Shown: positions 59,943 through 64,000 of the stretch, piece by piece
How the letters are laid out: the number at the start of each line of letters is the position of its first letter
Position numbering within the stretch: position 1 is the first letter of the stretch
From: Phyllobates terribilis
Taxonomy: Eukaryota
Direction: 5' to 3'
Length of the DNA: 64,000 nucleotides
Assembly (NCBI RefSeq): GCF_046119375.1
Contig: NW_027362772.1
Location: 303,676,001-303,740,000, forward strand
Notes under the pieces: model-generated
Databases searched by the model: none
What the model saw: only the letters and a program-made list of their open reading frames with translations
What the model was told of the DNA's origin: nothing
Position numbers and translations under genes: made by a program

Positions 59943-61059
59943 GTAAAGCTTTATTATATTCACAAGTTTTTGGGGCTGAGGGGGGGGGGTGTATTTTTCA
60001 CTTTTTTTATTAGAGGGGGTTGAAGATTCGTCATGAAGAGACTTTCCATTTCATGTACGATACGTGTGGAGGCGTCCTACTTTATAACGGTGCAGGAAAA
60101 ATAGAACAGTTCAAAAAGAAGATAAAAAAGTGCCGTCCTGGAGTTATATATACATATTAGGTTGCGAAGAACTGTGTATATATTCTACCCTTATATGTGG
60201 AAAGTGTCAGATGTAACTTTCTTTGTTTGTGTATGTTTTATATTATTATTTTTTTAGCCTTTAAAGTTTATTATTTTTTTTGTTATTAAAATGTAATCTC
60301 ATGATGCTTTATAGCAAGGATCTGAGTGTGTGTGATCTACATAGACTGTAGGTCCATACCGGGCGAAGGGGGTATTGTGATGATTACCGCACTTACTTCA
60401 GTATGTAATATAAAGATAAATCTTACTTCATATTGTATTGTATCATACGCCTCATCATCCTGCTGTCAGGGCATGCTGGAAGTTGTAGTTTTGCATTTCT
60501 TTTGCGTGTATGTGGCAAACGTCATTTGGAAATTGAACCATTTTTATCCATGGAAAACAGTTATACATCTGAATATTAGGAGCCATCACAGATACATGTG
60601 CAGGCGACATCTTGTTTATTTTCTGTAACACAGATTCACGTGTGATATTTCCACGGGGATGTGTCACTTGTGCTCTCTGCATCTGTGACTTATATTAAGG
60701 ATATAATCATAATTGTATGGTCTAGGATGGAGCGTATGGACCCTACACCAGTCGGATTATTGTAAAGGAGTTTTAATGTCAATGGCCGATCATTAGGAGA
60801 GATCATCAATATCAGATCATTCATTCACTTGCCTGGGTCAGAGCTGCAGTACCACTCATGGCCACTACACAATATATGGCGCTGTGCAATATCCAGTGCC
60901 CCAAAGAGCCTCCTATAATAAAGCCCAGGGGACTCACTTATAAGGGGTCATTTCACTGTAAATATTGGAGGCGATATAAGTAGATATTGATTGATAGTGA
61001 CCCCCTAGGATCCAGAATTAGAAAAACATGGCTACATTCTTTCCAAAACAGCACCACCC

Positions 61060-61615
61060 TGTCACGGGTGTGTCAGAGGTGACAGACAGTCGCCCTGCAG
61101 TTGGTTGCAGTAGATCTCTACGTTTGGCATTACAGACATGTCTCTAGGACCCAGCGGCTACCTCTCTCTGGCTAATTAGCTCCCTGGCCTGGGTGTATAA
61201 ATACCTGGTGTGTCTAAGAGGGAGGTGCTGGCAATATTCATTACTACTTGTGAGGGTTTAAAGCAAGAGCGGTACTTCGTCCTCTCTGGAGCTTGAGGCC
61301 GTATGCGCATTTGTATAGAGTCGTCTAAAGCTAAGCAATCTCCCCCTGTTTGTGCACCCTTGTTGTCTATAGAGTTTAGTGGAGATCGACTAGTGCTCAT
61401 CTCCTCCCTTCCCTAGCCTTAGCCTTATGCCAGGGAAAGTCAGGATGAGGCACGCGTGCGGCGATTGATGAAGAGCCAATATAGGGACGGTAATTGAGGC
61501 AGGGTGACACTAGACCAGACTAGGAGGTCTCCACTCCTCCCTTTCCCTAGTGTCTGGGCTCCCTTTCCCTCTTACCTCTGTGTTGCCCTAAGTCTTTCCC
61601 ACACCTTGCGTGACA
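61060..61615 (+). mobile_element. 5' LTR (556 bp) of a Gypsy retrotransposon
   Basis: Termini TGTCACG...CGTGACA (7-bp inverted repeat); TATAAATA at 61196-61203; directly precedes gag. Confidence 0.8.
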
Positions 61616-64000
61616 TTATCGCTGGCCGAGCATGTTTTGAAAAGGAAAAAAAAAAACCTGACATTTTGTTGTTTTTTTTCTCTGTGTGTTTTGGGGCGTG
61701 GACCTTTTTCTTTTTTTTCCTTTCTCCCTTTGGTATGGGTTCAGTTGTAGAGCTTGCAGAGCGGTTGCACGGGCTTTCTCTGGAGGTGAATGACCTCCGT
61801 GGTGAGGTTCAGCAGAAGCATCAGCGGCTACAGGTCGCCAATATGGGGGTCTCTGCAGATAGGCCTGCCGAGCCTGAACCCAAGGTTGCCCTCCCGGACA
61901 GGTTTTCTGAAGGTAGGAACAAGTTTTTTGTATTCAAGGAGGCCTGCAAATTGTATTTTAATCTTCGTCCCTATTCCTCCGGAAATGAGGAGCAACGTGT
62001 TGGTATTGTGATCTCTCTACTGCAGGGCGATCCTCAATCCTGGGTCTTTCCTTTACCGCAGGACTCTGTCTCCAGTCTGTGACGTGTTTTTTTGGGGCTC
62101 TAGCCCTTATCTACGATGACTCTGACCGAGTCTCCTTGGCTGAGTCTCGGCTACGTCACCTTCAGCTGGAGATTCGGTCAGTGGAAACGTACAGTTCGGA
62201 ATTCCGTAGATGGACGACGGATTCCAAATGGAAGGACTCAGCCCTTAGAAGTCAATTTTGTGAGGGGATTACTGAAAGGTTAAAAGATGCCTTGGCTGTA
62301 TATGAAACCCCTCAGTCTTTGGAGGCTGCCATGTCTTTGGCCATACTTCTGGATAGGCGCCTTTGGGATAGACGGGTGAGACCACCTTCTCCGGGGCCTT
62401 CTTGTTGGGGTTGTGTATCTCTGCCAGGGGAGCGGTCTGGGGGTGAACCAGTACTGGGGGAGGTGGAGGAACCCATGCAGTTAGGGGGTGTCTCAACATC
62501 ATACATCTCCCCAGAGATTCGCAAGAAAAAAGGCGTATTTTTTTTGTGGGAAAAAGGGACATTTTGTTGGGACCTGTCCTTCAATTCCTAAACAAAAGGA
62601 GACTTGATTAACTCTTGGTAGTCTGGAGTTGGATAAACAAGGGGTGCATTTGTGACCAAACTGCAGTTCCCGCTTTGTCTTGACAGCAGAGGTGGTGCTA
62701 GAGAGCAAAACCGAGAAAATTTTTGTGTTTGTTGACAGTGGAGCCGGAGTCAGCATGGTGGATGCTGAGTTTGTGAAAACTCATAGTCTTGCTTGCTTTA
62801 CTTTAGATAAACCTATTTCCATTTTCGCCATCGACTCGGCGCCACTTGCACAGAAAGCGTTTGCTTAGATTGTACATAATGTAAAACTGAGGGTGGGGTC
62901 AGTTCAATGTGAAATCATCCCTTGCTATGTCCTGGACAATCTTCCCACACCGATTGTCTTGGGTATCCCTTGGCTTGTTAAACATAATCCGTTGGTGGAT
63001 TGGCAAACTGGGGAGATTATTGAACGGGGAGATTACTGTCATGAGAACTGTTTAGATATTTCCCTTGCTTCTGTCTCTACGGAAATATTACCTGCTTTTC
63101 TGTCTGGTTTTGAGGACGTTTTTACTAAGAAGGGGTGTCAGGATTTCCCTCCTCATCATGCTTATGACTGTCCTATTAACCTGACCCCTGGAGCTAATCT
63201 ACCGAAGTCCAGACTGTATAATCTTTCTGGCCCTGAGAAACAAGCCATGAAGGATTTCATTGCGGAAAGTCTGGAGAAGGGACATATCAGACCCTCATCT
63301 TCGCCCATGGCGGCAGGGTTCTTCTTTGTGAAGAAAAGAAGATGGCGGTCTACGTCCCTGTTTAGATTTCCGGGAATTAAATCAAATTACCGTCCGTAAC
63401 CCTCTTCCTCTGATTCCTGATTTGTTCAGCCAGGTTCTGGGAGCTAAGGTATTGTCCAAGTTGGATTTAAGGGTTAGAATCAGAGAAGGGGACGAATGGA
63501 AAACAGTTTTCAATACCCCGGAAGGACATTTCGAGAGTCTGGTTATGCCTTTTGGTTTGACCAATGCACCTGCGATATTCCAGCATTTCATAAATTACAT
63601 TTTCCATTATTTTTTGGGGGAGGTTTGTGGTGGTCTATCTGGACAATATTGTGGTTTACTCACCTGATTTTGAGACTCATCGGGGGCATGTTAAGCAGGT
63701 GCTCCAGATATTAAGGGATAACAAACTTTTTGCCAAACTAGATAAATGTGTTTTCGCTGTTCAGGAGGTGCAGTTTTTGGGGTACTTATTGTCATCTTCG
63801 GGTTTTCGGATGGATCCGGAGAAGATCCGTGCAGTCCTTGACTGGGAATGTCCCGAGGACCTGAAGGCTCTACAACGTTTTCTGGGCTTTACTAATTTTT
63901 ACCGGAAATTCATAAAAATTACTCTGTTATAGTGAAACTCCTTACTGACATGACTAAGAAGGGGTCGGATTTTTCCAAATGGTCGGATGCTTCCCTCCAG
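61616..64000 (+). pseudogene. Gypsy (sushi/PEG10-like clade) gag-protease-RT, frameshifted, truncated by the window end
   Basis: gag from ATG 61735 (LPDRFS...CKLYFNLRP...SLLQGDPQSW); CCHC remnant CGKKGHFVGTCP in a shifted frame at ~62545-62580; protease VDSGAG; RT motifs [24 protein letters not shown] and YLDN (from YLDD). Multiple frameshifts and an in-frame stop. Confidence 0.95.

Overview
Eukaryotic (vertebrate) genomic DNA, most likely an anuran amphibian; this is inferred from the protein sequences and the MITE/satellite types and was not tested by search. I reconstructed the genes by hand from GT-AG boundaries and reading-frame continuity. (1) First coding exon and CpG-island promoter of slc25a33 on the minus strand (~2.5-2.9 kb). 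(2) A complete mitofusin-2 gene (mfn2, +): a non-coding first exon plus 17 coding exons, 19444-30638, 754 aa. (3) A complete miip gene (+): 9 coding exons, 44920-52604, 403 aa. (4) A signal-peptide exon at 59889-59942 that by position could begin a TNFRSF8/TNFRSF1B-like gene. Mobile DNA: a full-length Tc1 element with an intact DD34E transposase in an mfn2 intron, a decayed Tc1 fragment, a non-autonomous hAT element with a perfect 8-bp TSD, several palindromic MITEs, and a frameshifted Gypsy LTR element that runs off the right end. The most striking architecture is an 86-bp satellite forming an 11.3-kb array right after the mfn2 poly(A) signal and a 2.3-kb array in the opposite orientation in a miip intron. 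These two arrays enclose the ~1-kb miip promoter/start-codon island as the loop of a large inverted repeat. Most ORFs in the supplied track are artefacts of tandem repeats. There is no CRISPR array, and I recognised no tRNA or rRNA genes.
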